Assembly: GCA_043228905.1 (NCBI GenBank)
Contig: JBHGNT010000003.1
Coordinates: 16,368,001-16,432,000 of the forward strand
Length of the DNA stretch: 64,000 nt
Reading direction: 5' to 3'
Origin: Azolla caroliniana
Lineage: Eukaryota > Plantae > Polypodiophyta
This document shows, one piece after another, positions 37,401 through 51,596 of the stretch; positions within the stretch are counted from its first letter, which is position 1; each line of letters starts with the position of its first letter. The position numbers and the translations under genes were made by a program. The notes below the pieces were generated by a model that worked only from the letters and a program-made list of their open reading frames with translations, did not search any database and was not told where the DNA came from.

Positions 37401-39905
37401 CCATGAAGTCTATAGTTTCCTAGACAAATTCAATGGGTACAACCAGATCCGAATGAACCCCGCCGACCAGGAGAAAACGTCGTTCGTCACAGAATGGGGG
37501 GTGTTCGTGGCAGTCGTGATGATGTTCGGGTTAAAGACGGCCCCAGCGACATTTCAACGTATAATAATGGAAATCTTTGGGGAATACATTCCCGGGTTTA
37601 TGCAGGTATTCCTCGATGATTTCGTGGTCTACAGCCGACATGGGGAACATCTCGATCACCTACGGCTGTGCTTAGAAAAGTGCCGAGAGTACCGGTTGAG
37701 TTTGAATCCGGCCAAATGTGTCTTTGGAGTAGCAAGCGGCAACTTATTGGGACACGTGGTGAGCAAGGAAGGAATCGCGGTAGATCCGGAGAAAGTAAAA
37801 GCAATCCTCGAGGCACCGACGCCAAGCAATGCAAAAGCCCTAAGTCGGTTCCTGGGCCAAATAAGGTGGCATAGCCGGATGATACGGCACCTCGCGGATT
37901 TTGCTACACCATTACACGCCGTCGTACACCGAGTACCTTTCCAATGGGCGGACACCGAAGAAAAAGCATACCAAGCATTAAAGGTTATGCTATCGCAAGC
38001 CCCGGTAGTTCGACCGCCGGATTGGACCAAAAGCTTTCACGTTTTCATCGACACGTCGGACGTTGCAATCGACAGTGTCCTAATGCAGCTAACAGAGCCA
38101 AAATGGTACTGACCGGTTTACTACGCAAGCCGAAAACTCTCAAAAGCAGAACAGAACTACTCCACAATGGAACGAGAGGCCTTGGGGATGGTATATAGTG
38201 TCACAAAGTATAGACACTACTTACTCGGAAGAAAACTCTCCTTCCATGTGGATCATTCGGCACTACTCTACCTGGTATCAAAGGCATCATTGATCGGGAA
38301 AATCGCACAGTGGACATTGCTGCTACAAGAATTCGAATATGACATCTTCCACCAACCCGGGGTGCAGCATGCGGTAGCAGATTACTTAAGTAGGCTCGAA
38401 TCCGACGAAGCACGGAATGGCGTACAAGATGAGTTCCCCGATGCCGAGCTGTTCCGGATCACGATAGAACCGGCCACGGATGCAACGGTGGCAGATGAGG
38501 ACAAATGGCTAACCGAAATGCACCAGTTCCTGAGTACCAGAGTACCACCGGAAAAAATGAATCGGGACGAGAGGAAACGGTTGGCGGTCCGAAGCAGACA
38601 CTTCTGTCTGGTCCGAGACACCCTTTACCACAAGGGGGCAGACGACATCTGGAGACGAACGGTGCGGAGTGACGAGAAGGATTTGATCCTCAGGGAAGCC
38701 CACTGTGGCATAGCCGGAGGGCATTATGCCGGCGAAGCAACAGCTCAGAAGATATGGTAGAGCGGACTATGGTGGCCAACCACTCTAAAGGATGTTGTGA
38801 GATATAGCAAGGAATGTGATTTGTGCCAGCGACTGGGCCAACCGACGAAGCAGGCCAGGATGCCGCACCATCCGGTTCTACCCTTAGAACCATTTCAAAA
38901 GTGGGGACTGGACTTTGTCGGTCCCTTTAAGCCCCCAGCCATGAGAACCGGAAATCGTTATATCATAGTGGCGAGTGACTATTGCACCAACTGGGTGTAG
39001 GCGAAGGCATTACGGGACAACACGGCCACTTCCAAAGCAAAGTTCCTGCATGAATGCATATAGTGCCGGTATGGCCTCCCGATCGAGCTAATAAGTGACC
39101 AAGGAGGGCACTTTCTCGTGCAGGTAGTGGAAAGTCTGACGTCATTTTACGCAGTAGTACACAAACGGAGCACTCCTTACTACCCGCAAGCCAACGGACT
39201 AGCGGAGTCGACGAACAAAACTCTGCAAGAAATTCTGCGAAAGATTGTCAACGAGAACCGAACCGATTGGGACACGAAATTGCAGAGTGCACTTTGGGCG
39301 TACCGGACAACATATAAAACCAGCATCCAGACAACCCCATTCCGACTAGCATTCGGCTTAGAAGCGGTAATGCCGGTTGAATTTCATATCCCCAGCTTAC
39401 GGATCTAGGTAAAGGAACGCTTGAGTGAAAAAGAGTCCGAATGAATCCGGTTGGCAACGTTATTAGAATTAGAGGAAAACCGGATAGCCAGTTTGTTGCT
39501 GCTGGAACTGGAACAAAGGAGAAGGAAGGCGTTCGTGGACCGGCACCGGCGGGGCAACGAAAAGGAGTTTGAAGTCGGGAAATCGGTACTACTGTTCCAG
39601 ACACGAATGGGGAACATGCCGGGGAAATTACGGTTTCGGTGGACCGTTCCGTTCTGGATAACCAAGGACTACATGGGTCGTATCAGCTCGGTACGTTGTC
39701 AGGAGAAGTCATTGGCAAATGGGCAAATGGGTTCCGGCTAAAGCCTTATAAAGGACATATGCCATCCAACCCATTCAAGCAAGACCCGAAGATCCAGCAC
39801 GAGGAGGAACCGACACTGATAGAAACTGCCCCGGATAACCGGAATGAGGAGATCCTGGTACCGGCGAGAACCGACCCGGACAAACCAGGTGTAACCAACA
39901 AATGA
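34465..39905 (+). pseudogene. Gypsy gag-pol polyprotein in a single frame, interrupted by about nine stops and one frameshift near 39670
   Basis: ORFs at 34465, 34891, 36961, 38167, 38797, 39118 and 39451 share one frame; most stops are TAG/TGA at apparent CAG/CGA/TGG positions. Confidence 0.9.
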
Positions 39906-40404
39906 CGTGACGAACCAAAACGAAAAAAAATAAAATAAATTATATATATATATATATATATTTAAACATAAGAAAACAATCAACAGGTAATGATGACAAT
40001 GGAGATTGCAAGAGGTGGGAGCGCCAGTCATTAAAAAAGGAAGCGTCGCCAATTACTAAATGAAGAGGCGCCATTTAGTAAATAAGAAAGACGTGCAAGT
40101 ACTTTCTATTTAAAGCACAAAACGTGGGCAAGGACCTGCTATTTACAACGCAGACACAGGAGTACCAGGAGAGATGCATGCGAGGGAATCAAGAAAGGAC
40201 TTGCTATTTATGGAGGGAGATATGCATGCGCGGGAATCGAAAAAGGACGGCTCGAGAAAAATGCAGCTACAAAAGGCAAAGGCCTGTGAGGGATTCACGT
40301 TTTACGAGTTTTCATTCACACAGGCGCAGAAGCACAGAAGAGCAATCACATGCACAGAGCATACCCCCACCGATCAGCAAACACCGGAGGGAGAATCAGG
40401 ACCC

Positions 40405-42445
40405 ATGGCGCTGTCGGACAAAGCACGACAATGGATGACAGAAAACGGGATGGAAGGACTGTTGCGCATCGCCGATGCTCCACCACACACAAAACCGGAG
40501 CAGGCGGCAGCAACGATGGACCTATCGGAGGTCACGGAAGGCGCGGTGCAGGCGCTCACAGGACTAAAATCCTATGGACTCCGATCCATCGAGAACCCCT
40601 CCAATCAGATCCTGTTTGAATATTTCGGTGAATACTCCATAAGCAGCAAGGCGTACCGAACGTAGGGCGGACAGAACCTACTGTTCGGAGAGGTGGCCCG
40701 GGCCATGATGGAGTACGGGTTTGTACACCCTCGTCCCCCGCCCATACCCAAGTATTGGGCAGGGTTCATGATTGCGGCGTATGAAGGGTTGCAAGTGGAC
40801 TGGCTCCACTTCATAACCGAAGGGCTGAAGGACGCCATCAGGAACCTAGGAGACGGGAAGAAGTCATGGGCCGGAATAGCGCAGTGGCTGATGGTGTTAG
40901 TCCCACCAGTCCTCCCCATCAAACAGAAGAAGCGAGGTCGGCAGGATACCACTCCTAAGAAGACAGCAGAACGCCGACAAATCCTACAGAAACACACCCT
41001 GGGATGGACCCAGGAAGAAGGAGAACAATTGGAGGAAGGGCCATCCCAACGGCAACCGGAACAGGCAACAACACAGGCAACACCGGCGGGGAAGGGAAAA
41101 GAAAAAACGGCAAAGAAGACCAACCGCCCACGAGAACCGGCTGAGGAAGAGTCGGTGGTGCACAAGCCGATCAAGATAATGGCGCGACGGCCGGAACCCG
41201 AACCAGAGGACTTTGTACAAAAGATCCGTCTGGGAACCGCACCGGAGGAGGAAGCTGAGCCGGAGGACTCACCCAAACAACTGGTGAGACTCCCACCAAG
41301 ACAAGGACGGGAGAAACGGGCGAAAGGACCATCTTTACCAGTTGACGGCACTCAGTGACGGGCGAAGGGACCACCTCCAGTAGCCGGGGCGAAAGGGAAA
41401 AAGGAAGAAGCCAGGACCGCACCAAGGGAAGCAGCACCGGAACAGGTTTTGCCGGATTCCAGAGAACCGGTCATTCCGGATATGGGGAATGAACAAGTAG
41501 CGGAACCAGAGAACACCGCGACACAACCAGAGAGTGCATCGGAGAAACAACCTGAACTAAGGAACAGAAGCGAGCAAAGCAACCCCGACAATGGACTGGA
41601 AAGAAGTACCATGCAACAATGGCTGAGATGGCTCTCAGAGCAGGTGTCGGGGGTAGCAGACCAAATGGACGAAGAGAAAAAGCATAGGGAACACCTGACG
41701 CACACAACAACCCAAGAATTGGTCGCGCTTCGGACACAGATCCAAGAGTTGCAAGGGGAGTTGTTGCAGGCAAAGGAAAGGGTGGCGGAAGCAGCCACAA
41801 GAAGCCAACAAGAACAAGTTGTCACCGAGCCGGTCGGGACAACAAGAAAGCAACCGGAACCGGAACCGGTGGAAAGAGAGGCCTTGCAAACCAACCTTGA
41901 GTCCGAAAGAGTCATAGCAACCTTGCGAGAGGAATTAAGGGCTCAGGACGCGTTGAGGGAAAAAGAACGAGAGCAGCGGAAATTGGCGAAAGAAGACAGA
42001 CGGAGGATGGAAGAGGGCCTCCGGAAAGGTCAGGCCAATAACGACCGACTGCGGGAGGAGAAGGACAAGCTGCAAAAAGAGAAGGACAGACTGCGTCGAC
42101 AAGCCGAGCAAGAAATAGAACGACTCCAGGAAGAACTCCGGCAACAGAAGGACCAGGACGACCGGTTACGGGCTTAGGTGAACCGACGCCTGAAGCAGAA
42201 AACGGAGGATTTCGACAGGCTGTACCGAGACCACAAGCAGGCTGAGTTGGACAACAAAAAACGGGGAGCAGAATACGACCGGCAGATAGAGAAGCTTAAA
42301 GAGCATCTGAAGGAGACCCGACTGGAGTTGGCCAAGATAATGGAGGAATTAGATGTCAAAAAAGAGGCCTTGTCAGCGGAAAAGACCCAAGTTTCCACGC
42401 AACGGAAGGAGTTGGAAGTGTTGCGGCAACAGCAAAGGATTCTTC
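40405..42445 (+). pseudogene. Extra sense ORF of the gypsy element (>=680 codons; N-terminal globular region, acidic/Pro linker, long coiled coil), three in-frame stops
   Basis: ORFs at 40174, 40693, 41449 and 42178 share one frame, separated by single stops at 40663, 41356 and 42175. E/K/R/Q-rich heptads at the C-terminus. Confidence 0.8.
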
Positions 42446-42455
42446 TAACCCTTGT

Positions 42456-42790
42456 GCTTTGATACCATGTAAAGAATTATGTACACGGAAGCTTGTAAAC
42501 AGATAGAGTCAGTTGAACTAAACTGTAATAACAAGTAGGTAAACACAAACAATGGAAAATACACAGTATGAGAGAGAGAGGCAAAGTGAGTAGACAACAA
42601 ACGTATATTCAAAATGAATAATACTTTATACATACAAATGTGCTCAGAGAGCACTTTAAATACAACCCTTGACAATGGCCTAACAAGTACTGATGAGTAC
42701 TTGAATGCTCATTAAATGAGAATCTGACACTAACTCCCAAAATCAATCATACAAGGAATATCGTTCCTAATGGCCTACCGTCTCTCCGCC
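42456..42790 (-). mobile_element. LTR with iMet PBS, same family as 16700-17060, truncating the gypsy extra ORF
   Basis: GCTTTGATACCA then TGTAAAG; shares AATGCTCATT..ACACTAACTCCCAAAATCA with 16977-17015. Confidence 0.75.
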
Positions 42791-43050
42791 GATCTTGTTC
42801 TCGGCTTCTTCGGCCAATCCACCCCAAGTTGAGCTTGCTCATTCAATAGAGGTGAGTGAGGGTCGTATGTGAGCCTTTCATATTAAAGTATAGGTAACCA
42901 CACCACTTAGGGCTCATTCATTTTGTATGGTGTGAGTGAGTGGGAGAGAGGACTTTTATACTTTATTAAGTATCTATTTTGAGTATTGTGTCTTCCATTT
43001 TTGTGTTCTGGATTGATTATTAATGATCTCTCTCTCTCTCTCTCTATGTT

Positions 43051-43615
43051 TGTTAGCCAGTCGGCTACTAGGGTCTGAGGGTCTGAGTCGCACGTATCTG
43101 AAAGGAAGTCGGAGTCGACAATTTTCGGGATCAAGCAAGTGTCAGGGTTGGACCGAGGACGTGGATCGATGAGTCAGAAATTAAATAATATATTTTTGCC
43201 AAGTAAGAAAATAGTGGAGTTAGTTACGACAATTTTAAATTCGTAGTCCTTGTCAAACATGACAAACATAAATCTTGAATAGAGACTCTCGGATCACCTA
43301 TAAAAAGGGACCGAGAGCATTTTAATCCTCTCATTCTATTTTGAATTAATATAAGTTAGTAGTTAGAGTATATCTCAGTCGACTGTGTTCTTACTATTCT
43401 GTATTGTTATCTGTGTCGAACTCTAATTATGTGTCTACTAAATAATTATATTAAGGCAAGTAGTTGATCATGGTTACTTAGTAAGCAGTTCCGATTACTG
43501 ACTAGTAGTTCTATTCATTTCTCACCACAATCATCTTGATAGAACATTAAGAGTCCAACGTTCGACATATTGTGTCTGTCGGTTATAGTATTCAACTATC
43601 GGCAGATCAATAACA
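43051..43615 (+). mobile_element. Probable solo LTR
   Basis: TGTTAGCC...AATAACA termini with internal TATAAAAAGGG at ~43299. TSD matches only partly (ATGTT/TTGCT). Confidence 0.6.
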
Positions 43616-44044
43616 TTGCTGCTAAAATATCTTTTCTTGAGTTGCTTTGATAGGGTTACTAAATCAAGTTGAAGAATAGGCGTAGGTTAGCCTTTTCCTA
43701 CACTTTCTACTTTAATTATTCTCTGGAGCCAATAATTATAGCTTTAAATGAGGAACCTTTCTTTAGAAGGGCAACTGTAAATATGAAAATTGTACCATTA
43801 TATCCAAGTATAGTAACCAAATAATACATTACATGGTAAACCATAATGTGAAAGTTATGCAAAATGTTATATAAGAGAGATTTTAAGCATTCTTGCCAAC
43901 TATTGCCAAGTACTCAATTAAATTCAAGATCCGTGACTCTATCTTGTTATGATACTATAATGGTGTGGTCATAAGGTTTGTAATCATGGAAATCCAAATA
44001 CTGAGTAATGATTTATATTCATGACATGTTTCTAATATGAGTTC

Positions 44045-45679
44045 ATGCTGCCGACAATCCGGCATGCACCTTCATTCCCCATCCAAAACATCCTCGTGAT
44101 CTTCGGCTCTGTACGATGCTAAGCACTTCCGGTCGGGGGTCAGATGGAACGATGCTCCGGAGTCAACCACCCATGTCGTCTCGTCGCTAACACGATGTAG
44201 CTCGCTCTCCTCGATGATGAGAAGTAGTTCTTCCACGATGCTCCGGAGTCAACCACCCATGTCGTCTCGTCGCTAACACGATGTAGCTCGCTCTCCTCGA
44301 TGATGAGCAGTAGTTCTTCCTCGCTTGTTGCGATTGCCGACATTCCTTTCCGATCCGAACTTCTCCGGTCCGGGCCCTTCTTTGAGTCGGCATTGTCAGT
44401 TCCTTTCTCCTTACGCGAGTGTATGGCAATTCTTCTGGAAGTGCCCCGACTTTCCGCAATAAAAGCAAGTGGGCCTTCCCCTTGACTTCGACCGCGTCCC
44501 TAATTTGTCCTGGTTCTGGGGATGCCGATTCCAGCCTCTTCCCCGGTTATGATCGTCTTCCGTGACCAAGGCCTTCGGATCGGTTCTAGACTCCTGGTCT
44601 TTTTGGTGAGCGTCTTCATCCGGCAAGCTGATTTTGCCCTTGCTAGGGATAGATGTTTTCCTTCCGGCCCAACGTTGCCCAAAGTGACAACTAGCATCTC
44701 CCAACTATTCAGGAGGGAACCGAGCATTAGCAACGCGAGTACGTCGTCGGCTATCGGTATTTCCAATGAGATTGTTTGATTTATTAGCCTCTGGAAGGCA
44801 TTCATGTGCTCCGCCATACTGGAGCCGTCTTGTTATCGAAGTCTCACTAATTTCCGAAATACTGAGACCCGATTCACAACATTTTTGCTCTCCAGCATGG
44901 TACAGTTTTTTTCCTAGAGCACATGAGTCTTACTCTCTTCATTAAAGTTGTTGTACACGCTCATGTCGATGAAGCATCGAATGTATCCCGTCATCATCAT
45001 ATGCATCACCTCCTAGTTCGCAACATCTATTTTATCTGGTCTTTTATCTCCAAACTATACTGACAACTAGAGATCTTTGACCACCAACATGTCCCGCATC
45101 TTCGACTTGCACACTAAGCCGGTGAGCTTGAACATCCCGCCGAATGGATCTTCCATGCTCTGATACCAATTTGATAAAAAATAGAGGAGTGCTCGGCTAC
45201 AACCGAGTCCCAATCACATAGTGGAAGAAACAGAAAACATAAATAAGATGACACAAAATGTTAACGTGGAAACCTTAATCGGGAAAAATCGCAGGAGCTC
45301 TCAAACCTCCAAACAAATTCACTGTAGAGGAGAGGTACAATAATGTGAGTCTCAAAGGCAATGACCGCGAACTCTACCTTCTGCCAACCGACGGTTACAA
45401 CAGAAAAGCTTTCTCTCTCTCTCTCTCTCTCTCTCATTGTCTCTTTCTCTACAACAAGAATGATAATAGCAACACCAGGACACACTACCCATTTGCCCTA
45501 ATTATATTTATACTCATAACTTACAGGCTATTTACAAATGTGGCCTCAACAGCCCATAAGAAACATATTCATAAATCTGTCTCTCTTTGGATTCATACCG
45601 GACCCACCCAAACCACTTCTAGACCACTCCAATCCGGCTCGTTCTTCTCCGGCTTCTCCGGATCCATTAATGATCAACA
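44045..45679 (-). mobile_element. Ty1/copia 5' half (LTR 45172-45679, PBS 45157-45168), inverted copy, with a private ~86-bp tandem duplication at ~44149-44320
   Basis: Reverse complement of 28687-30245. ACGATGCTCCGGAGTC..GATGAG occurs twice. Confidence 0.9.
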
Positions 45680-46047
45680 ATATGTATGATCGGACATGCC
45701 TTCATGGCCATTAGGGCGCAACGATATGGCATGGTGAATTTGAAAGGCCCTACTTACTCTTCTGATGAGCATGTACATAATTTTGACACCATATACTATA
45801 ATTGATGGAAGTTTTGTGGAAACAAAAAGAGTGACTATATTCGGTCAAGATCCCTTCTAATACAAGCCATACACACACAATTCCAAATACAATTACCCTT
45901 CTAATACAACCAAAAGACAACCGTGTACTATAATTGAGGGAAGTTTTGTGGAAACCCCCTCCTAATGCAACAATTAGCAGAAGCATAGCAAGTAAGCTGT
46001 CCGTGAATGTAGACCACCTACTACTAATAATGCTCAACGGCATCCGC

Positions 46048-47254
46048 TCAGTCGCCCCGATGGGCTTCAACCTCCTCCACATTGGAAGGCTGGATGTTAC
46101 ACCACTGCAGCAATCTGTGAGGCTCTCGGAGTTCCTGCTGGGAGGAGGAGGAGGAGCACTCGTGGTGGTGCCTGCGTATCACGAGCTTCGCACGGGGGAT
46201 GAGGTGATGTGGCCTTGAATCCACACCAAGTATAGACAGAAGGCTCTGGCGTATGGAATATGGCATGCTGTGGAGCCGACGGAGTTGGGGCGGCACATAC
46301 TGCGCAGCTCGGAAGAATGTGATGTACGCAGAGCAAATGGGATCGTGCGTGTTCACGTACAGGCTGGGCCGCCACGGGCTCAGCGACTCAAACCGTTTCC
46401 TCTCTTCTTCCACTACCTCTGCCTCTTGCGTCATGGAGCTCAATGTCCGAGCGGCGAGCTCGTGTAAGAACTCCACTGTACCAACAACCCATGTCGGAGG
46501 CTTCAGCGTCGATATCGATCCTAATGGCCTCTCGTTTCGTAGGGTCGGGTGTGGTGGATTGAAGAGATGCGCTTCTATTAGCTTTCCCTTCTCTGCCATG
46601 GCACGCCCTACCAGCAATCCTATGGCCGCCCCTTTCGAGTGACCCGTCACACACACTCTCTCCCATCCCACCTCTTTCACCGCTCTTTTCACCGCATTAA
46701 GCCCCTTCATGAACCGCGGGTCAGATTCTAGCCGTCCCAAATATATCATAAGATTCGCCTCCCAATCTGCCTTTCGCATCATTGTGCCACGGAATGCAAT
46801 CACGATAGTCGCCGGGCCGGTGGGAGCCTGGCCGAGCTTGCTACGGTAAACCGCCCCAAAGATAGTCAGACTACCGGTTTTGGACTGATGGTCAAGAATC
46901 TCCACGAGATCGTATTGGAAATGTGTCCACCATATGGCAGTATCAGCGTGCACCTTAGATGGAAATAACAGTCGACCTCTGTGCTTTCGGTCTTCTTCGA
47001 GCCTGTAGACGCCTGTGACCAAGCACGCCATCGCCGCATGTCGGTGAGGATTTTTCTTATCCCTAATTATGAAAACGGAATGAAACATCAGTAAACATGT
47101 GTGAAGCTAGTGAATATTAACAATACAATCACAATCATTTGATTAATTATGAGCTAATAATGTATTAATCACCAACGGACCAAATCTGAGGGTTTTTATA
47201 ATCAGTGGTGTTGATGTCCTTCAGCTTCTCAAAGCCTTTCCTACCCTTTCCCAT
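46048..47254 (-). CDS. Class-3 lipase type A copy 3; complement(join(46048..47062,47181..47254)), 362 aa
   Basis: Differs from A1/A2 by one residue (SISM to SIST). Confidence 0.9.
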
Positions 47255-48330
47255 GACCGAAGTTTTTAGGTGCGGAAACACAAATTGGATGGTTAAAATT
47301 GCAGGTATAGTAATCCTTTGACCCCTCAGTAATCACTGAGGACCTTGTCAGCATTCACAAATAAGACTGCTAATTAGATTGCATATCCTTAATCACTCTA
47401 TGGCTACGAAGTCCAAGCCTTTATAGACAGATAGCAGAAGTAATGCCATTGAATATTGTATGACTATGTCAAAGGGGCATTCAAGTGGCGACTCAACTTG
47501 GCCCAACTGATTAGTTCAAGTTGACCCAAGTAGCAGTTCGTGAAGTCTAGTCCAGCAAAGTAAAGTCATTGTATGACCATGTCAAACTAGCATTAAAGTG
47601 AGGCTCAACTTGGCCCAACCAAACGATTTGTCATGCCTTTCAAAGGTCAACGTTAAAATGTATGTTTCCAATTGTCAACCATTTAGGATCTCAACTTTCG
47701 AAAGGTAGGTCTCCACATGTGACATATTTTGCATGGTAAGGAAACATTCTCACCTCCTCTTCCTCGTGAAAATTTCAGAAAGAGTTTTCTTATGAACCCC
47801 ATATACGCAAACACCACAACAATAGACTCCCATCTCGTGTTCCTATGGTCGGTGAACCTTTGTCACCTACTACACATTCTGGTCATGTATTTATGTTTGC
47901 CATGCCCACCGTGAGTGCTCAAACATGCACACACCCCTCCCTAATAGAATCGTGGTACCTTTTTCTCCCCTTATCTATCGAACATTCGATTGTTTGATCA
48001 CCTCAAGTCTATATCATAGCCTTGTCACAAGATTTTGCTATGGTATAGTCTCATTTATTTGTACTATAATGACACCATTTGGCTAATTATGATTACAGAA
48101 AAAAACTTGAAGATCTATGTGTGCAATGAGCTTACCTATTCCATTAAATGTCCTTTCTATTGGGCCAAACTATGGAGTGTGATGTGTTGTTCTAAGCATT
48201 AGAGCATGCTGACTATCTAGTCTTGACCCATTCTTCTAGATTTTTTAAAGATTGCATTAAGACAATTGCATTGTTTTCAACCTTTGCGTTTTTGAAAATT
48301 GATAAACGAGTCAACGCTCTCCATGCATGG

Positions 48331-51300
48331 ACATAGGAGACTTGTGGTTGACGACGTCAACTGAGTGCAACTTGCTGCTGGAAGATGTCTGACACGTTCC
48401 GAAGGTTCGGTTGAACCTAATATCAGCCGGTCGGTTAGATGATGAAGGCTACACGGGTAGCATCCGGAACAGAGTCATGAAGTTCAGCAAAGGGAGGCTG
48501 ATTGTGGCTCGAGCCCGAAATATCAACACCTTGTACCTGATGCATGCCCCGATATACCGGGAAGAATTGAACGTGGTATCCAACATTGCCGGTGTGTTGT
48601 GGCACAAGATGTTGGGTCACATGAGGCAGAAAAGGATGCATCGACTTGCCGAAGATAACCTCATACCAGAGGTGAAAGACGTGCAGCTTGAGAGGTGCAC
48701 CGACAGTTTGGTCGGAAAGCAGAACGAAACCTCTTTCCGGTCGAGACCACCAACAAGACGGAGAGAACCACTAGAGCTTGTGCATACCGATGTATGCCAA
48801 GTGGACACGAAGTCACATGCCAGATCACAATACTTCGTGACATTCATAGATGACCACAGCCGGAAACTATGGGTCTCACCGCTGAAGACGAAGGACTAGG
48901 TATTATCCGTCTTCAAGAAATTCCACGCAAGAGTGGAAAGGGAAACCAACCAGAAGCTAAAGGCGGTTCGAGTGGACAATGGACACGAATACCGAGGGCA
49001 ATTCGAGGAGTACTACCGGTCGAAGGGAATACAACTCGAATATACCATGCCGAAGACACCGGAGTTGAACGGGTCGGCTAAAACGGTGAATTGGACTTTT
49101 AAAATGGAGAGAGTCTGGATCATCCTGGCACATGCTAAGTTGTCCAAGATTTTTTGGGCTGAGGCGTTGACGACGGCGACCTACACGATAAATCAATCAC
49201 CCTGAGCACCCTTCGACAGAGACACATCACAGAGAGTATGGACCGGTAAAGACGTGTCTTACCAGCATCTGAAGGAGTTCGGTTGTATAAAAGTGTATAA
49301 AAGTGCTCTCTAAGCACATGGTTAGTACACAGAAATTGAGAGTATTCTTTTGAATTGAGTTTATGTTCTGTTCTCTCTCTCTCTGTGTCTGTCTCTCATG
49401 CGTACGCGTACTCTCTGTGTGTTGAGTTTTCCTTTCATCTTCTGTTGCTATCCGACTGAGCTAGTTTGTCAAACTTTTCTGCATGTTTACTTGGACAATC
49501 CCAAACAATTCACAATCACACCATCGATTTTGGTGAGCTGTTTAAAAATATAGCCTTAGAATGTTTTGAAGCGCAAGCATACTAAATTCTCAATGGACAA
49601 TGCATTAATGTTTGCCCCATATGAACACGAACCTTAAGATCCTTGTTACTTATCTAAGGAGGCTTGATAGTTTATTGTCCTATTTTTCACATGCAACATT
49701 TTTCATTTCTATAGATCGACGTCCCACCACATTTTACTTTAGCTCGTGTGTTGAGCGAACAAGCTCAACCGAATCAATACATCTTCTTGACTGATGAAGG
49801 TGAACCAGAGTGCTATGATGAAGCCATTGTCAACGAGCATAGAGAGAAATGGTTGAGCGTGATGCAAGATGAGATGGACTCCTTGCACAAAACTACACCT
49901 ATGACCTAGTAGAATTACCAAAAGCTAAGAGAGCACTCAGGAACAAATGGTTCTATAAGGTGAAGACTGGAGAAGTCGACAACGCACCTAGTTATAAAGC
50001 CCGCATAGTGGTGAAGGGGTTCGAACAGAAAACGGGTGTCAACTTTGACGACATATTCACACCAGCCGTGAAGATGACAAACGTTCTGAGCATAGCCGCC
50101 AGCATGGACTTGGAGATCAAACAGTTGGATGTCAAGACAACATTCTTGCACGGGGAGCTGGATGAAGAGATCTACATGCAGCAGCCCGAAGGCTTTGTGG
50201 AGAAAGGGAAAGAGAACCTTGTGTGTCAATTGAAGAAAAGCTTGTATGGCCTGAAACAAGCTCCACGCCAATGGTACAAGAAGTTTGAATCTTTCACCTT
50301 GTACTCAAGCCAATCCATGTCAGGGTACGTGATGACCTATGTAGGGGGAGCAGTGCCGTGGCAGTCACGACTGCAGAAGTCTGTGGCCTTGTCGATCACA
50401 AAGGCAGAGTACATGGCAGCGGTAGAGGCTGGCAAAGAGTTGATTTGGATGAGAAATGTTCTCAACGAGTTGGGGATGAAGCAAAGGGATTTCTTGCTTC
50501 ATTGTGATAGCCAAAGTGCCATACACCTAGCCAAGAACATTGCGTATCACTCCCGGACCAAGCATATATAGAGAAGGCATCACTAGTTGCAGGAGAAAGT
50601 CGAAAAAGGAGAGTTTATCCTCGTGAAGAACCATACTGACAACAATGGATCTGACATGCTTACAAAGAACCTACCGATGGACTTGTCGACTACAAAGGCA
50701 GAATACATGGTAGTAGTAGAGGCCGGCAAAGAGTTGATTTGGATGAGAAATTTTCTCAGTGAATTGGGGATGAAGCAAAGGGAGTTCTTCCTTCATTGTG
50801 ATAGCCAAAGTGCCCTACACCTAGCCAAGAACGTTGTGTATCACTCCCAGACCAAGCATATATAGAGAAGGTATCACTAGTTGCGGGAGAAAGTCGAAAA
50901 AGGAGAGTTTATCCTCGAAAAGATCCATACTGACAACAATGGATCCGACATTCTTACAAAGAACCTACCGATGGACAGACTTAGAGCCTGTCAACAGAGG
51001 ACGGGACTAACGGACTCCTTCCCACAAGAGTGAAGGGGGAATTTGTTAGGAATATTTCACTCCAGTGGGAGGATCCGACTACCCAAATAGAGACGACAGT
51101 CGAGGACAGGGATTAGCTGACTAGTCAGGCCAAGTGCCGACAGTCGACTGATTAATAAGACTATTATTATTATTAGGTAACAATAATGGCCATGATTGTA
51201 AATAGCCCATATTGTGTATGAATATAAATACACCTAGGGCAAAAGTAGTGTGTGTGCCTCTATTGCGTAAGTGAGCATAGAACAGTAGTGTGTAAAAAAG

Positions 51301-51596
51301 TGAGAGTGAGAAATAGAGCGGCACCATAGCTAAGTGAGTGTGGACATCAAGGGCCCTGTGCGACTGATACACTCAGTTTCAGAGTGTTGTATTGTGTGAT
51401 CTCACCTTGTACTTCTCTCTGTATAGTGTAATCTCTATTCCTCCGTGTGGTTTTTCCCATTTAGGGTTTCCACGTAATTACTATGTACTGTGCATTCGCT
51501 GTTTTTCCCGGTTTCCATGCTCATTGTGTATTTCAGAATCGGTTGTCCTCAGAAATCATAGGGATCGAATCCCATCACCAATGGCTAGCCCCAACG
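48331..51596 (+). mobile_element. Decayed Ty1/copia 3' half, inverted copy; PPT ~51028-51041, 3' LTR from 51044
   Basis: Integrase, deleted RT, two RNase H units, GAGTGAAGGGGGAA then TGTTAGG. Confidence 0.9.

Larger units (their letters stand above)
34010..42445 (+). mobile_element. Ty3/gypsy retrotransposon (no chromodomain), near full length, 3' end lost; gag-pol plus extra 3' ORF
   Basis: Domain order gag-PR-RT-RH-INT. RT WLSPIVVV..CVDYRKLN..FGLKTAPATFQ..FLDDF; RH DTSDVA..EREALG; INT H2C2 and WGLDFVGP..YYPQANGLAE. Confidence 0.95.

Noticed and set aside
34010-42445. DIRS or Penelope element because of inverted terminal repeats
   Set aside because: It has an aspartic protease and DDE integrase in Ty3/gypsy order; no tyrosine recombinase or GIY-YIG domain was seen.
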